This document shows positions 35,601-48,036 of a stretch of DNA of 64,000 nucleotides, in pieces. Within the stretch, counting starts at the first letter, position 1; the number at the start of each line of letters is the position of its first letter. A model generated the notes under the pieces. It was not told the DNA's origin, did no database searches, and saw only the letters and a program-made list of their open reading frames with translations. The stretch lies in NCBI GenBank assembly GCA_964234715.1, contig OZ174290.1, one strand, 5' to 3'. The DNA is from Podarcis melisellensis (taxonomy: Eukaryota). Both the position numbers and the translations under genes were made by a program.

Positions 35601-36601
35601 GACACAGCTAAATTCAGTGCCATCCAGTAATTAAATAATACCATGAAACTATCCATGCAGCCTCAGGTACAGAATCCATGGCTATGGAGAGATTATGGGG
35701 TGGGGAACTCAGCTTTCAGTGTTTTTTAAAGGAGGATTCTAGTCCTTATGAGAAAACTATGGATAGTGCAAATTATAGAGTGGTTGACTCAAATTCCTAG
35801 TCAGCTGGCCAAGGTCTCTCATACCCCCCCCCCCAATCTTCTGTTCTTGTTTCCCTTTTAAAAGCTAAACTAATAATGTTGGTAGTGCTAATGGTGTGGA
35901 CAGAAACAAACAGTGTTGTTGGTGTGCGTCATATATATAAAGCACTTTAATGTACCTTCACGCTTGCATGTTGGTAGACATGTCTCTCCCCACCCCCAAT
36001 TATGACCCACAGTTGTTGCATATGTTCAGAGTCATCTGATGTGCAAAGCATCTGTTGCTAATACCACTATTTTATTATTTATCAAATCCATTTCTTCATA
36101 GAATGGCTAATTTCAGACCCACAGCTGCTCTCGTCATCTTGGTGCAGCTGCTACTTACCGAACAAAGCCAAACCAGTTTCACATTTGTCAGTCTGTCTCT
36201 TTTATTGTGTATTTTGAAAGGACTTGAGTACGTTGCTCCAGTGCCAGAGGCCAAGATGTTGAGGGCGGGCAAAGAGGAGAATCACACCTTAGGACTGCAG
36301 CCCTATGCTGAGGAGTAAACCTCACTGTAAACATGCATTGCAATTGTGCTGTTTAAAATGTATTTTTTCCTAGATCTCTTGCCAGCATTGTGTAAATCTG
36401 TTCAAGTCTTTTGTTTTAATAATAATAATAATTTTCTGGCCTTTTGCACCAGAAAAGAACTTGTTAGATTCTGTTTGCAATCCAGTATAACTCCTGAATC
36501 TTCTGATTCTGCCAATTATCTTGTTACCACTTTCCTTTTTGTGTATTTCTTTCTCAGGGTGTACAAGAAATGTAAATATCCTATATCCATACTCATAGGG
36601 A

Positions 36602-36634
<33 letters not shown>

Positions 36635-37298
36635 GCCTTGTAAAGAATTAGGGTCAGCAACAGTTACCTGTTGTCCTTACCCTTCTTTTCTCCCATTGTG
36701 CCCATTCCTTTCTCCACACTTCCTGGAAAGAAGGCCAAGATGAAATCAGGATAGGCAGTTGCCATAGCACAGTCCATCCCATCTTTCCTCCAAGGAGACC
36801 AAGTCTCTCCCCCACCCCTCAAATTACCTTTAACATTTGCCCTCAACAGTCCTGTCTCTGTAATTAACTTCCACATGAATTTCTGGTGGAAATTTCTACT
36901 TGGAAGATATAGAAGGCAGAGCTTGGAATGGAGGGGAAATGGATAGATGTACAGGTTTGGGTATGTCTGCAGAACCTCTTTTCCAAAATGGCCACAATCT
37001 ATCCTCCTGTGCCATGCATCTCATGAACCAGGAGGCCCGTATACATAAGATGTATGTAAATCTCTTTAAGTTTTTATGTGCAGTTAAGTGGGAGTGTGAG
37101 GCTTGCAGGGGAAGCAGACTAGACCGGAGTCTATTGTCAGCCAAGTGGAAATTGCCATCAGTAATTTATTTCCTAGAAAATTTTGCCACACAGACTGTTC
37201 TATATAAGGGTAGATGAGAGGAAGGGAGGGCTGCGAGTGCAGTGCTATGATGGCTGTCAGTCCCAATTTTCAATGGCTTAAGGCTCTGAAATGCAGTA

Positions 37299-37537
37299 CA
37301 GTCATACCTTGGTTTTCGAACCCCTTGGTACGCAGATGCTTCAGCTCCAAACACAGCAAACCCGGAAATAAATGTTACTGTTTGCAAACACTTTTTGGAA
37401 GTCGAATGTACGTTTCGGCTGTTGGCATTGTTTCCGGGGCCAGTCAGCCAATCAGAAGCCGCACCTTGGTTTGCGAACGTTTTGGAAGTCGAACGGACCT
37501 CCGGAACAGATTCCATTCAACAACCAGGGTGCAACTA
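37299..37537. mobile_element. Tc1/mariner (Tigger-like) MITE, related to family A
   Basis: TA|CAGTCATACCTTGGTT...AACCAGGGTGCAACTA|TA; shares the gaacggacctccggaac subterminal motif with family A. Confidence 0.75.
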
Positions 37538-37670
37538 TATATGATGTTTATGTTATGCAGTTCTCATTGACCTAGTATCCAAACCAATCAGATGTTTGAT
37601 TAATTAGGTATCACACTGAGGAAGACAGAATGGCACTTTGGTGGATGAACTCTGGAAGAAGTCTAATGGA

Positions 37671-37843
37671 GAGCCAGTGTGGTGTTATGATCAGTGTGCT
37701 GGACTTGAGCTTGAGGATACTTGGGTCTGAATGGGTCTGAAACTCACCTGGGTGACCTTGGCTCAGCCATTCTCATTCACAACTGTGCCTGTGTCATGGG
37801 GTTGTGTTCTGAGCTACTTGGAGGGGAGTTTACAATACAAATG
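37671..37843 (+). mobile_element. MIR/Squam3-like SINE, degraded
   Basis: gagccagtgtggtgt...gtgctggact...gggtgaccttggctcagcc. Confidence 0.5.
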
Positions 37844-38981
37844 TGAGAGAGGAACAAAACATAGTTCAACCACGTTTGTAACTGCTAAATTCAGAGGACG
37901 TGGAGCCTGTTGAAGTCCCATTGCAATCATTGGAGCAGCGCATAGTTGACTATTTCGGAGTTTGGTGGGGAAACAGACTTTTTCCCATGGAGTTGACGTA
38001 AAAAATTGGATAGAAGTTTAGTGTGATTGTAAAATTAAAAGGCAACTGGGGCTAAGGAGTTTAAATTGCTGCCCGTCTGTTTTCCTGTCTTCAGTAGCAA
38101 TGGGCAAGAGACTTGTGTTTTGCCTAATTGTTAGCAAGCCTTGAGCTGAGTTATTTTCCTCTCTGGAACAGGAAGAGACCCACATTCATGGCAGAATCTT
38201 GCACTCAAACTCTTGTTCATATCTACATGACGCTTGGCAAACACAGAAGGTGATGTCCAAAGTAAGCTGAAAATAGCCATAGGGTGAACTCCCCTTGTCA
38301 GGCTTGGAACCTGTGCTCAGAAAACCAAACTAGCTCCTGTTGTTGTAGTTTGTATGGATTAAAATATATTGCCATAGATACAACTGGTATGATTAGAATG
38401 GATATAGTATGGAGTATATTATGGAACTGACAGTGATTTGAAAAGGGAATTTTCTGTTTGTAATATACACATCCCTCCCACCTTTTCCTCTGGCAAATAG
38501 GCTCTGGAGAGTGTTGTATCATTTTAAAAACTTGCGAAATATATTTCACCTGAGGAGACAGTCAGATAAAATTGTGTTTGTGTGTGTTTACATTTCCATG
38601 TGCTCAATGATCTTTTAGAAGACATCTGAAGGCAGCCCTGTATAGGGAAGTTATTTTTGTTTGATGTTTTCTTGTGTTTTTGATATCTGTCAGGAGCCGC
38701 CCAGAGTGGCTGGAGCAACCCAGTCAAATGGGCGGCATATAAAGAATAACATTATTTTTAAAATTATTATTATTGGCAAAAGAATTGCAATATCTCCTTC
38801 ACAATCTAGATCTCTCCCTCCCCCCCTCTCTCTCACACACATGCATACTTGGTTTATATATTCCTACTGTCTGGTTTTTTATTGTTTTCATTTGTAAAAT
38901 ACTGTGCACTTATACACTATTTCCCTCTATGACAATTTAGTTGTCTTTTCTTATCTTTCCCTTGAAATCTTTGATAAATGT

Positions 38982-38982
<1 letters not shown>

Positions 38983-39012
<30 letters not shown>
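38983..39012. repeat. (CT)15 microsatellite
   Basis: Direct reading. Confidence 0.95.
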
Positions 39013-39013
<1 letters not shown>

Positions 39014-39595
39014 GATAGATGGGTGGTGGTGATGGGGGGGGGGGAAGCGTGCTGCCAGATACCATTATAACGGAGTTGTTGCTGGGTGGGGAGATGGTTG
39101 TGAGGGTGAGATGGAAGGGAGAGGAAGCAGGAGATCCTGAATGGGTGGGAAATAACTGCTGCTCTAGTGAAAGGGGTGGAGGGACCTAGCCAGAGCAAGC
39201 AAGGTGACCTTAGCAAAGCTGACAGCAAGTTGGATCATCATTTCTGCTAGGTCTTCCTCAATTCATTGTTGGGACTATGATGCAAGACCAGAAACAGAAC
39301 AAAGCAGATGGGAGACATAAAGGAGAAGAAGGAAACAATGCTACTTGCTTGATGTGAGAGTGAAGAGTTCCATAATCATAGGTTATTTTTTATGAGTATT
39401 GGGTGCAGTGCACCTGCAGAATTTTCTGTCTGCAACGATTACCCTGAAAGGCAACTGCACAAGAGTCCACCAGCATCTCGTGTCCATTCCAGTCACTTTC
39501 CCAGTTTGTGTGCTTTCTTAAAAGTAAGCTGGAGAGACAGTAAATCTTTTAAAAGTGGTTTGATAAAGGCATTGCCTCCCAGTGGAGGTAGAACT

Positions 39596-39710
39596 GCATC
39601 TCCAGGAAGGACTGGGAAAATGTCTATCTGAGACCTGCTACTAGTCAGTGTTGAAAATACTGAACTAGACAGATCAGTGATCTGATTCAATGAAAGCCCA
39701 CTTCCTTTGT
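39596..39710 (+). mobile_element. tRNA(Ala)-type SINE body fragment
   Basis: gcatctccaggaaggactgggaaa...agtcagtgttgaaaatactgaactaga is collinear with the reverse complement of 42950-43120. Confidence 0.5.
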
Positions 39711-39730
39711 CTCGTATGTGTGGTGAGATA

Positions 39731-39835
39731 ACAACTGGCTCAAGGTCAGCAAGTGAGCCCCAGGATTGAGTTGGACTTTTAATTTGGGTCTCCTGTGTCA
39801 TAGTCTGACACTCTACCCATTTCACCATTCTGGCC
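39731..39835 (-). mobile_element. MIR/Squam3-like SINE 5' fragment
   Basis: actggctcaaggtcagcaagtgagc...gggtctcc...tagtctgacactctacccatttcaccattctggc. Confidence 0.5.
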
Positions 39836-42800
39836 ATCTGCATGGGAGGATGTGGCCACTCTTTTGCCTGATGTCTTCAGCTACAAACCAGCCCTCTTTC
39901 AAGGGGGCTTTATTATAGCTAGTTTCAGAGATTTGTCTTCTGGACAGCTTTGGGAAGGAGTTGAACCCTGAAGAATTGCAACTCATACCAACAAGTCATT
40001 CCCAAAAGACAAAACCGGAGACAGCAATTTCTTCGGGGACTGGGAGCAGAAAATGGAGGCTGTCTTTGGTGAACAGGGACAGTTGGAGCATGTGTCGAAC
40101 ACTGAAAATAGCTTGCTAGCACAGAGTCTCTTGGAAGGTCACTCACCCAAGACCACTGTTAGGGTTGTATTTTTGGTGGTTTGTGGCTGGGAGCAGGCAG
40201 AGGAAGAGGAGCATTGTTTCCCTGTGTGCTTTTTGCAGGACGCTGAGCATTTGGATGAGCTAATTCCGAGTTGATTCTGGTTTTGAGCAGAACAAGACCT
40301 CTACTGTCAAGTGCTTTAATAGCATTTGTGCCCCTTCCATAAACCAATCTCTCCCACCTTGAGAAGGTGGGGGGAATAAATAATTCACCATCAAAAAAAA
40401 TTGCTGCTTTTTGGAACTGTCTTGTCTCTTTTGAGTTGGGCTTGGAGACAACTAGACAAGCTTCAATGAAAGCGAATAAAGTGACATTACTTTCCGAGCA
40501 CAATCTTCTGTTTCCAGTCACTTTTCAACAGACATTCAATCAAAATGCTAATAGCCAAGGCAACAGGGGAGTGGGGTTATTGTAATCCTAATTGATAGGC
40601 TGCGGGGATGGGTTTTGATAAGTGCTGCTAAAGATTTTGTTTGTATGTGTGTGTGCGAAGTTCTCTTTTAATTACAGCCACACTAATAAAAAAAATTACA
40701 AACAATGTTTTTGATGGTTACCTGCATAAATGGGCTTTTGGAGTTTTGTTTAAAACTTTTTTTAAGGCCAACAGAACACCAGATATCATCAAATTTACCT
40801 TTAAAATAAAGCCATAGCAGAGGCGGTGGTGAATTTTTCTGTGCTGTGGCAGGGGCTACTTTGCATCAAAATTAAGGCTGTCAGATCTAAAGAGAAGTTG
40901 AATAGGGAATCCAATCATTTATTTATACAATAGCCTTTTCATAAAGCCTTTAGCAGAAGCTGCACAGCAAACCAGCACTGCATTTATATCCTTGGCTTGG
41001 GTAATTAGGATCAATTATATCAGTGAGATTTCTATGCTGGAGATGTGGATAAAATATTTGAATGAGGTACAATATTGTTTTTGTTGTTTATAGCCAGGTT
41101 TTTAGTGACCCTAAAATAGGAATTCCCATACTCTGCGCCAGTAAACAATAAATAATATTAAAGCCTCTACTGAGCCCACAAGTGGTACCAGGAGGGGCAG
41201 GAAAGGAGCTGCCCCCACCACCAGCCTTGTGCTGGACTCAGTGTGGTTACTTAAATAAAATGTTCCCTTCACACACAAATTATGATTGAATCATGAACTG
41301 GAAATTAAAATAAGGCTGCAGCCCTAAACATGCTTCCTTGAAAGGTTAACTCCATCAAAATCAATAGGACTTATTTCAGAGAAAATACATTTTAGGTGGA
41401 GGTCTTAAAGAGAAAAATATTGTTTTTTTCACCTTTCCAAAATCTAATATGTGCAATAACGCCCCCCCCCCGCACCACTCAGAAAGACACATTGCCCTTC
41501 TGTGTGCGCCTTAATATTTTTTCCTGCTGCTGTTACTGGAGCACATATCCCCAGGAGCTTCCCCGTGGTTTCTCTTCATGATCCATTGTTCTGGTCATTT
41601 CTCCTTCCAGTTGGATTCTACTGATGATTGATTTTTATGAGTGTGATTGAATGATCCAATCTACGCCAATACAGAGTCATAAGAATTACCAGCTTACAAA
41701 GGAGCCTGTCCACTGCATCTCTGTAAGACTCCCTGGTCTGGCCCACTTTCAGCCAGCCTCCTCTGAGAATAGTCAGTTTCCTTAAGCTCTGAACAGGGTG
41801 TGATTGAATCAGGTGGTCACTTCAAATGCTGAAGGGCAACCATTCCTGCTCACTGCTTGAGCTATGACTCTTAGCTTGCCTTCTTCCAAATAGAAGGTAT
41901 GCTCTGAACATGAATTCTCAGAAAGCAACAGCAGAGAGATTCCTCTGAGGGCAAGCAGCTCTTGCTGTCACATACCCTAGGGAAAGCTTTTCAGATGTGA
42001 CAATGAAGTGTGCTACCAGTTTTAATTCAGAAAAAAGTGCTTTGCTTATCAGGAGTTTGGGAAATGTTGCATTAATTGCTTTGATGCCTGACCAAATCAA
42101 GACAGGTATTAGAAATAGGAATGTCCTTTATTTTAGTGGGAAGGGAGGAAAGGAAAACATATTATCAGTCTTGAGGGTGGGGGGGGGGGAGTAGATTCAG
42201 GGCTACCTTTTATTCTGACAGTTGTGGGTAAGCCTCTAGCTAAGAAAGGTTATCACATAGTTAGGGTACTTCTGCATGACTTAGCTAAAATTTATTGCAA
42301 ATGTAGTTCAGTGCATCCTAATTACTACAGAAATCTGGCATTTATACACCTCTCTGAAAAATGGGGTGAGGGCTCAAAGTGCACGTCTACAACCGCTAGA
42401 GAATTGAAGTTTGGTGTATGCCCAGTCCAAAATGATTTGATTATTAGAAAAGACTGATAGGGAGACATTTTAAAATCTAATCTGGGACATGGAATCGGCG
42501 TGGAATACGGCAAGCCAAATGGTACACAGGCTGGGTCAATGGAAACTCTGTTGCCTCGCCAAACAATACCAGCCTGCCCTGCCAAGTGAGGGTGAATTTA
42601 GTTGTATGAGTGTGTGTGAACTTATGTGGCAAGGGTCGTCGTCTTCTTCTTCTTCTTCTTCTGGTTACATTTTAAAACTGCAAACTCTGTTGATGGTCTT
42701 AGCATCAGAACTCTGACAGCTGCCATCATCCTGCACCCTTTGTGCGTACCTTCATGCTCACTGAATTATTTCCCCTGAAATTCTATAAAATGGCTTCCCC

Positions 42801-42949
42801 TTGATTTACCATCCTATTTTATATATAAAACTTACCAGTAAAACAACCCGCAGATTACCCCTGGCTGCTGTATGCCTACCTGAATAGGGAGTCTGGCATT
42901 ACTTTCAGTAAAATTGCAACCCAGGTTTTCACTGTCTTCTGCAGAAAGG

Positions 42950-43120
42950 GACATAGGAAGCTGCTTTATACTGACTCATATCAGTATTGTCTACACTGAC
43001 TGGCAGCAGTTCTCCCGGATTTCAGACAGAGGATCTTTCCGAGGCCTACCTGGAGATGCTGGGGATTAAATCTGGGACCTTCTGCATGTAAGACAGGTGC
43101 TGTGCCACAAATCTACAGCC
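42950..43120 (-). mobile_element. tRNA(Ala)-like-headed SINE
   Basis: Reverse complement: ...catgcagaaggtcccagatttaatccccagcatctccaggtagg...ctgccagtcagtgtagacaatactga...gcagcttcctatgtc. Confidence 0.7.
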
Positions 43121-44592
43121 CTGTTCCTGCTGTAGCTATGGATGGAAGTCCTTGCCTATATGTGAGTGCAAATATGAAGCTATGAGTGAGTTAAGGGAAG
43201 CAGATTCAGGAGCAAGAGTTGCTTATCAAAAATTAATAGAAAACTTGTGCACACTTGCCTGTCCACACTTCTGATGAAAAGAAGCCAGGATTAATTTCTT
43301 TTTATTGATTGCATTTATTTCCAAAGTATTTTTTTTTTTTTTAGAATTCACTGTGCTGTATAAATAAATGCATACTGCTTTGTTGATACGCATTGGCTTG
43401 TTACCTATAAAAATTCAAACGGGGGAGCAAAGACCATCTGTGTCCATTCCTTAAAAAGCACCCTGTGCTTAGATAATTTGCAATGGATTAATTGATAATA
43501 AAGTGGAAGGGAAGATCTTCCCTTAGTTAGCGAGGGAAGGGGGCAGGAGAGGCTGATCTATCCTGCCTTTCAATTTGTCAAGCTTTCTCTCAAAGATGTG
43601 CCAGGGAAGAAAGGGTAATTAATAGGTTTGGAGTCATTTCCGACATGTCAGTATTTCTGCCTTGCTTCCAAGTGATAATGTTCACTGGCTCCAGGCCTCG
43701 AGGGAGCCTTCCGTCTTATTAACTTGTCTAGGAGAAACGGGGGGTGGGGACAGCTTAGTCCGCTGGGGTGATGTGAAGTGAAGAGTTGCAGTATAGTGCG
43801 CTATCAACACCAGCCCTCTCTTTGTGTATATGTGAGTGATCAATATTAATATTAATCTGCTTAGAGGTAGCCAATTGTGCTCTGGGCTGCCCTCCCTTGT
43901 CGCAGGACTTTTTGCTGTGTTTGGATGCTGGGATGTATCCACTATTAGCTTCCTTTGTGGAAACACTGAGGATCAGCGCTGTTTTGGACCTAAGCCAGTC
44001 ACCATATTTCATCTTTGGAAGTCATTCTCTTTCCTTCCCTCCCCCATCAGCTGGCCTAGTGTCTCCTGGGTGGCCACACACACTTGTGCATGGCTTAGCT
44101 CCCATGCTTCAAGTCATTTGGAGTGACCTGTTCCCTTCTTGTCATTCAGCCTCTTTAACTTTATTTAACTTTAACTGCTCATCACATAAAATGAGATTAA
44201 ATAAGGAGTGAAACTGTGACGACGAAAACTGCTGCAGATGTCTTCTTGTGACACTTCAGCCTTGTTCAAGAGACACCTTAGTATCTAGCGAGTGCATGGA
44301 GGGGGAGAGCAGGATTGATTATGCTGGTCTTGCCACGGATCTCCTTGTCTTCCGTTTGCATGTGTGTAGGCCCTGTGTACATGTTCAGCTGAATGTGCAG
44401 GGTCATGCTGGCATACCCTCCAACATTTCTCCAATGAAAATAAGGACATCCTATTCTACACCAGGAAACTTCTCCCACGTCTGATCTCCTCCACACATAG
44501 GCATCATATATGCATCTACACCTGTCAACTTCAGCCAATTACAGCCTCTCTGCCGAACCTACCTCACAGGATTGTTGTAAAGAAAAAATGTA

Positions 44593-44818
44593 CAGTGGTA
44601 CCTCAGGTTACAGATGCTTCAGGTTACAGACTCCGCTAACCCAGAAATAGTACCTCTGGTTAAGAACTTTGCTTCAGGTTGAGAACACAAATCGTGCGGC
44701 GGTGGCGCAGCGGCAGCAGGAGGCCCCATTAGCTAAAGCAGTGCTTCAGGTTAAGAACAGTTTCAGGTTAAGAACGGACCTCCAGGACGAATTAAGTTCT
44801 TAACCTGAGGTACCACTG
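44593..44818 (+). mobile_element. Tc1/mariner (Tigger-like) MITE, family A, nested in a MIR/Squam3-like SINE tail (~44535-44920)
   Basis: Perfect 18-bp TIR CAGTGGTACCTCAGGTTA / TAACCTGAGGTACCACTG with TA TSD; flanks read acctacctcacaggattgttgta... and ...gtaagctgccttgagtcc. Confidence 0.92.
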
Positions 44819-44938
44819 TACAGGGGAAGGGATTGTGTACAACACCTTCCACAGACAAATTGAATGAAATAAGATTTTAACTGTAAGCTGCCTTGAGTCC
44901 CTGTAAGGAAAAAATGTGGGGGGAAACAACAACAACAT

Positions 44939-45010
44939 AGAAGAAGAAGAAGAAGAAGAAGAAGAAGAAGAAGAAGAAGAAGAAGAAGAAGAAGAAGAAG
45001 AAGAAGAAGA
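44939..45010. repeat. (AAG)23 / GAA trinucleotide repeat
   Basis: Direct reading, uninterrupted. Confidence 0.95.
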
Positions 45011-45283
45011 TCAGAGAGTACAATAAAGAAATAAACACTCCATTTCATTCAGGGATTTTATTTTCAGGATGTAAAGGACTTTGGTTTTGTATCTACACAC
45101 ACAACTTTAATTGTTCTCTGAGACAAGGAGAGGAGAAAGGGAAATAGGGACATTGCAGGACAGTTCCTGTAATTCCGGGACTGTCCCTGGAAAACCGGGA
45201 CACTTGGAGTGTTTGCATTGACTGTGGACCCCCTTTCTTTCACTTCCACTGAATAAAAGTATGCTTACTAAATAGGGGCTACT

Positions 45284-45285
<2 letters not shown>

Positions 45286-45341
<56 letters not shown>
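45286..45341. repeat. (TC)28 microsatellite
   Basis: Direct reading. Confidence 0.95.
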
Positions 45342-45345
<4 letters not shown>

Positions 45346-45636
45346 TGTTGCTGGTTTTGTAGGAGAGGTTAGGACAGTGGCTTTGCCTCTTATGCTGATG
45401 TGCCACATAAATGGAACCTTATGATTTACGGTTATATCTGTTTATGGGTAAATCTACACACATGCCACACACCAGAAGAACTCAAGCAAGTGTCTAGTGG
45501 AGGTGCTTTATTTTATTCTGGAGCCATTGGTTAAGGTCACTTCCAACTCTGGCTGTTTTCAGAAGGGATGTATCCCTACAATGTCACTAGTCTGTGTTTT
45601 GTGCATTCAGATACTAAACTTTTTTGTACTCTTAGA

Positions 45637-45782
45637 CACTGGCGGAGGAAGAGGAGTGCAGGGGACCGCACTGCCCCCGGCAGCGCGATCCCGACAGGGT
45701 GCCATTGCGGCTGCCCCCGCAAGCGGTGCACCAGCCGCACCCCCGCCTGCTCTCCACCCCCCTCCACCCCCCTCCGCCACTG
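45637..45782. mobile_element. GC-rich non-autonomous hAT MITE (146 bp)
   Basis: TIR CACTGGCGGAGG / CCTCCGCCACTG (11/12); perfect 8-bp TSD CTCTTAGA at 45629-45636 and 45783-45790. Confidence 0.9.
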
Positions 45783-45857
45783 CTCTTAGAAGTTCTGCAC
45801 CCATAGTTTTCTAGCAAGGGAAAATCCCACACACATTTGATGTGTATGTAGGAAATA

Positions 45858-46069
45858 CAGTAGACCCTCGAGTTGAGTACCGCTCTGGATACGTAACTTT
45901 AAGGTTGCGAACGCGGCAAACGTAGAAGTGTATACTTCCAGGTTTCACTGCGCGCACATGTGCAGAAGCGTTTTGTCGTGCTGCATGCGCATGCGCAGAA
46001 ATGGCGCCTCCAGTTACAGACTTTTCAGGCTAAGTACAGACCCTTAATTCGTACCCGGAGGGTCCACTG
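45858..46069. mobile_element. Tc1/mariner (Tigger-like) MITE
   Basis: TA|CAGTAGACCCTC...GAGGGTCCACTG|TA. Confidence 0.85.
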
Positions 46070-46094
46070 TATAGTGAGCAGAAGTGGATAAAGT

Positions 46095-46290
46095 GAGCCA
46101 GTGTAGAAGAGTATTAGACCAGGAAGAGGGAGGTGCTAGGTTCCAAGGCCCACTTAGCCATGAAGGTTCCTAGGTGATCTTGAGCCAGCCACAAACACTC
46201 CATGTGGCCTTGCTCACAGAGTTGTGAGACTGAAATGGGATGGGAGAGCACCTCAAAGAGGTCCAGGATAAAAATGGAATGGATGCAATT
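46095..46290 (+). mobile_element. MIR/Squam3-like SINE, degraded
   Basis: gagccagtgtag...ctaggttccaaggccc...aggtgatcttgagccag...ctcacagagttgtgagactgaaatggg. Confidence 0.5.
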
Positions 46291-47388
46291 TAGGGAAAGA
46301 AAGTACATCTTTAAGGATGCCTCCTGCTTAGTGAAACGAAGTATCCAGGTTTCTGTAAATTCACGCAAGTACGAAAATAGCAATTTTCTACATAATTTAG
46401 CATTATAATAAACACAAAAGCCAAGTTTGAGACTCTTTGCTTTTAAATGACTGGATGCTCATAGATGAAAGAATATATCAAACAAAGGAAAATGCCAGTA
46501 GGTGGCGTCCAGGCTTACACAGAACAGTTCTTGGCTTTTGGTTAGGCCAAGTGCGTCAGTCTTTTTGGTGCTGCAAAAGGCCTTTCTGTGCATACATTGA
46601 TTGACATTAATGTGGCTTTAGAAAGGCTTGAGTGTGGCTGACAAAGGCTGTTTCCGTTGCTGGATCTGCTGTGCAGCCCCCCTGAGGTAATCTGCTGGCA
46701 CTCCAGTGAGAACCAGCTATATGACGAGTTTGGACAGCAACTGGAGGCTGTGCTTCCTTGGTAATTGCCCCCAAATATTGGAGCCCCCTCCTAGAAGTCC
46801 AAGGAAAGTTTTATTTGCTGTTGTCCTTTTGATACCTTTATTTTTCACCAAGCCTTTGGGTAAGGATTGAACCTTCTGTGGCTCTTTAATATTTCATATT
46901 ACTGTGGATTTAAATATAGTTACATTTGCTTTTGTTCTGCATTTTTTGTGTAATTCAGATTGAGCTTTTTGGAAAAGTGGTAGAAAACTGTTCTAATAAA
47001 ATAAACAGGGAGAAGTAGTCACATCCCACCAGTAGAAGATAGGGCATAGTTTTTCTTAGATGAGATTAAGGCTGTGCTTATTGAACTGATAGTGGGTCCT
47101 TGTGGGTATCGTTGATCAAAATAACAGAAGCATCCTGATTTAGCAAGACAGTGGCATGCCTTTTGGAAATGGTAGCTTCAAGATTTCCAGTGTTGTTAAC
47201 ATATTTCCAGCCCCTCGCCCCGCCCCGCCCCCAATTTTCAAGGGGGAGAACTAGTAGAGCAGAGTTAATGAAATTGCATCTGAGGCCAATGTATTTTACT
47301 GCCTGAAGTTGAGCCCAAATGACACTCACTTCCTACTAGGTTCAACATTTGAAAACATTTTTCTATACGGTGCAGACACTTCCACCTT

Positions 47389-48036
47389 CATAGAATCATA
47401 GAAATGTAGAGTTGAAAGTGACCCCAATGGTCATCTAGTCCAACCCCCTGAATCTCAGCTAAAGTATTCATGACAGATGGCCATCCAACCTCTGCTTAAA
47501 AACCTCCAAGAAAGGAGAGTCCCCCTCCTCCTGAGGGAGTCTCTTCCATTGTTGAACAACTCTTACTGTAAGAAAGTTCTTCCTGATGTTTAGGCTGAAT
47601 CTCCTTTCCTGTAATTTTAATCCATTGGTTCAAGTCCTGCCTTTCAGAGCAGGAAAAAACAAGCATGCTCCATCTTCCATGTGACAGCCCTTGAAATATT
47701 TGAAGATGGCTATCAACTCTCAGGAAGGCTTGGTTTCCAGTTGATTATCTTGGTCACCCTCCTCTGAGGGTGTTCCAGTTTATCAGTATCCTTCTTAAAT
47801 TGTGGTACCCAGGATTGGACACAGTACTGCAAGTGTGATCTGGCCAAGGCAAAATAGAGTGATGCTATTAGTTCCCTTGATCGGGACACTACATTTCTGT
47901 TGATGCAGCCTAGAATAGCATTTGCTTTTTTGTGCTGCTCCATCACACTGTTAAGTCTGTGGTCCACTAAGACCCCTAGATCATTTTCACATGTACTACT
48001 GGCAAGTCAGGTGTCCAACATCTTATATTTGTGCAC
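47389..48036 (-). mobile_element. 5'-truncated CR1 LINE with ORF2 C-terminal remnant
   Basis: ORF 47713-47967(-) KKANAILGCINR...SRSRELIASLYFALARSHLQYCVQSW..PQFKKDTDKLE..QRRVTKII is typical CR1 ORF2; ATTCTATG terminal repeats at ~47389-47403. Confidence 0.92.

Noticed and set aside
44800-45048. Poly-Leu ORF resembling a signal or transmembrane peptide
   Set aside because: It is the translation of the (AAG)n microsatellite; the ER, VC and HT repeat ORFs elsewhere have the same origin.
45497-45832. GC-rich patch with Ala/Pro/Gly-rich ORFs, initially suggesting a CpG-island promoter or exon
   Set aside because: Fully explained by a 146-bp hAT MITE with TIRs and an 8-bp TSD.
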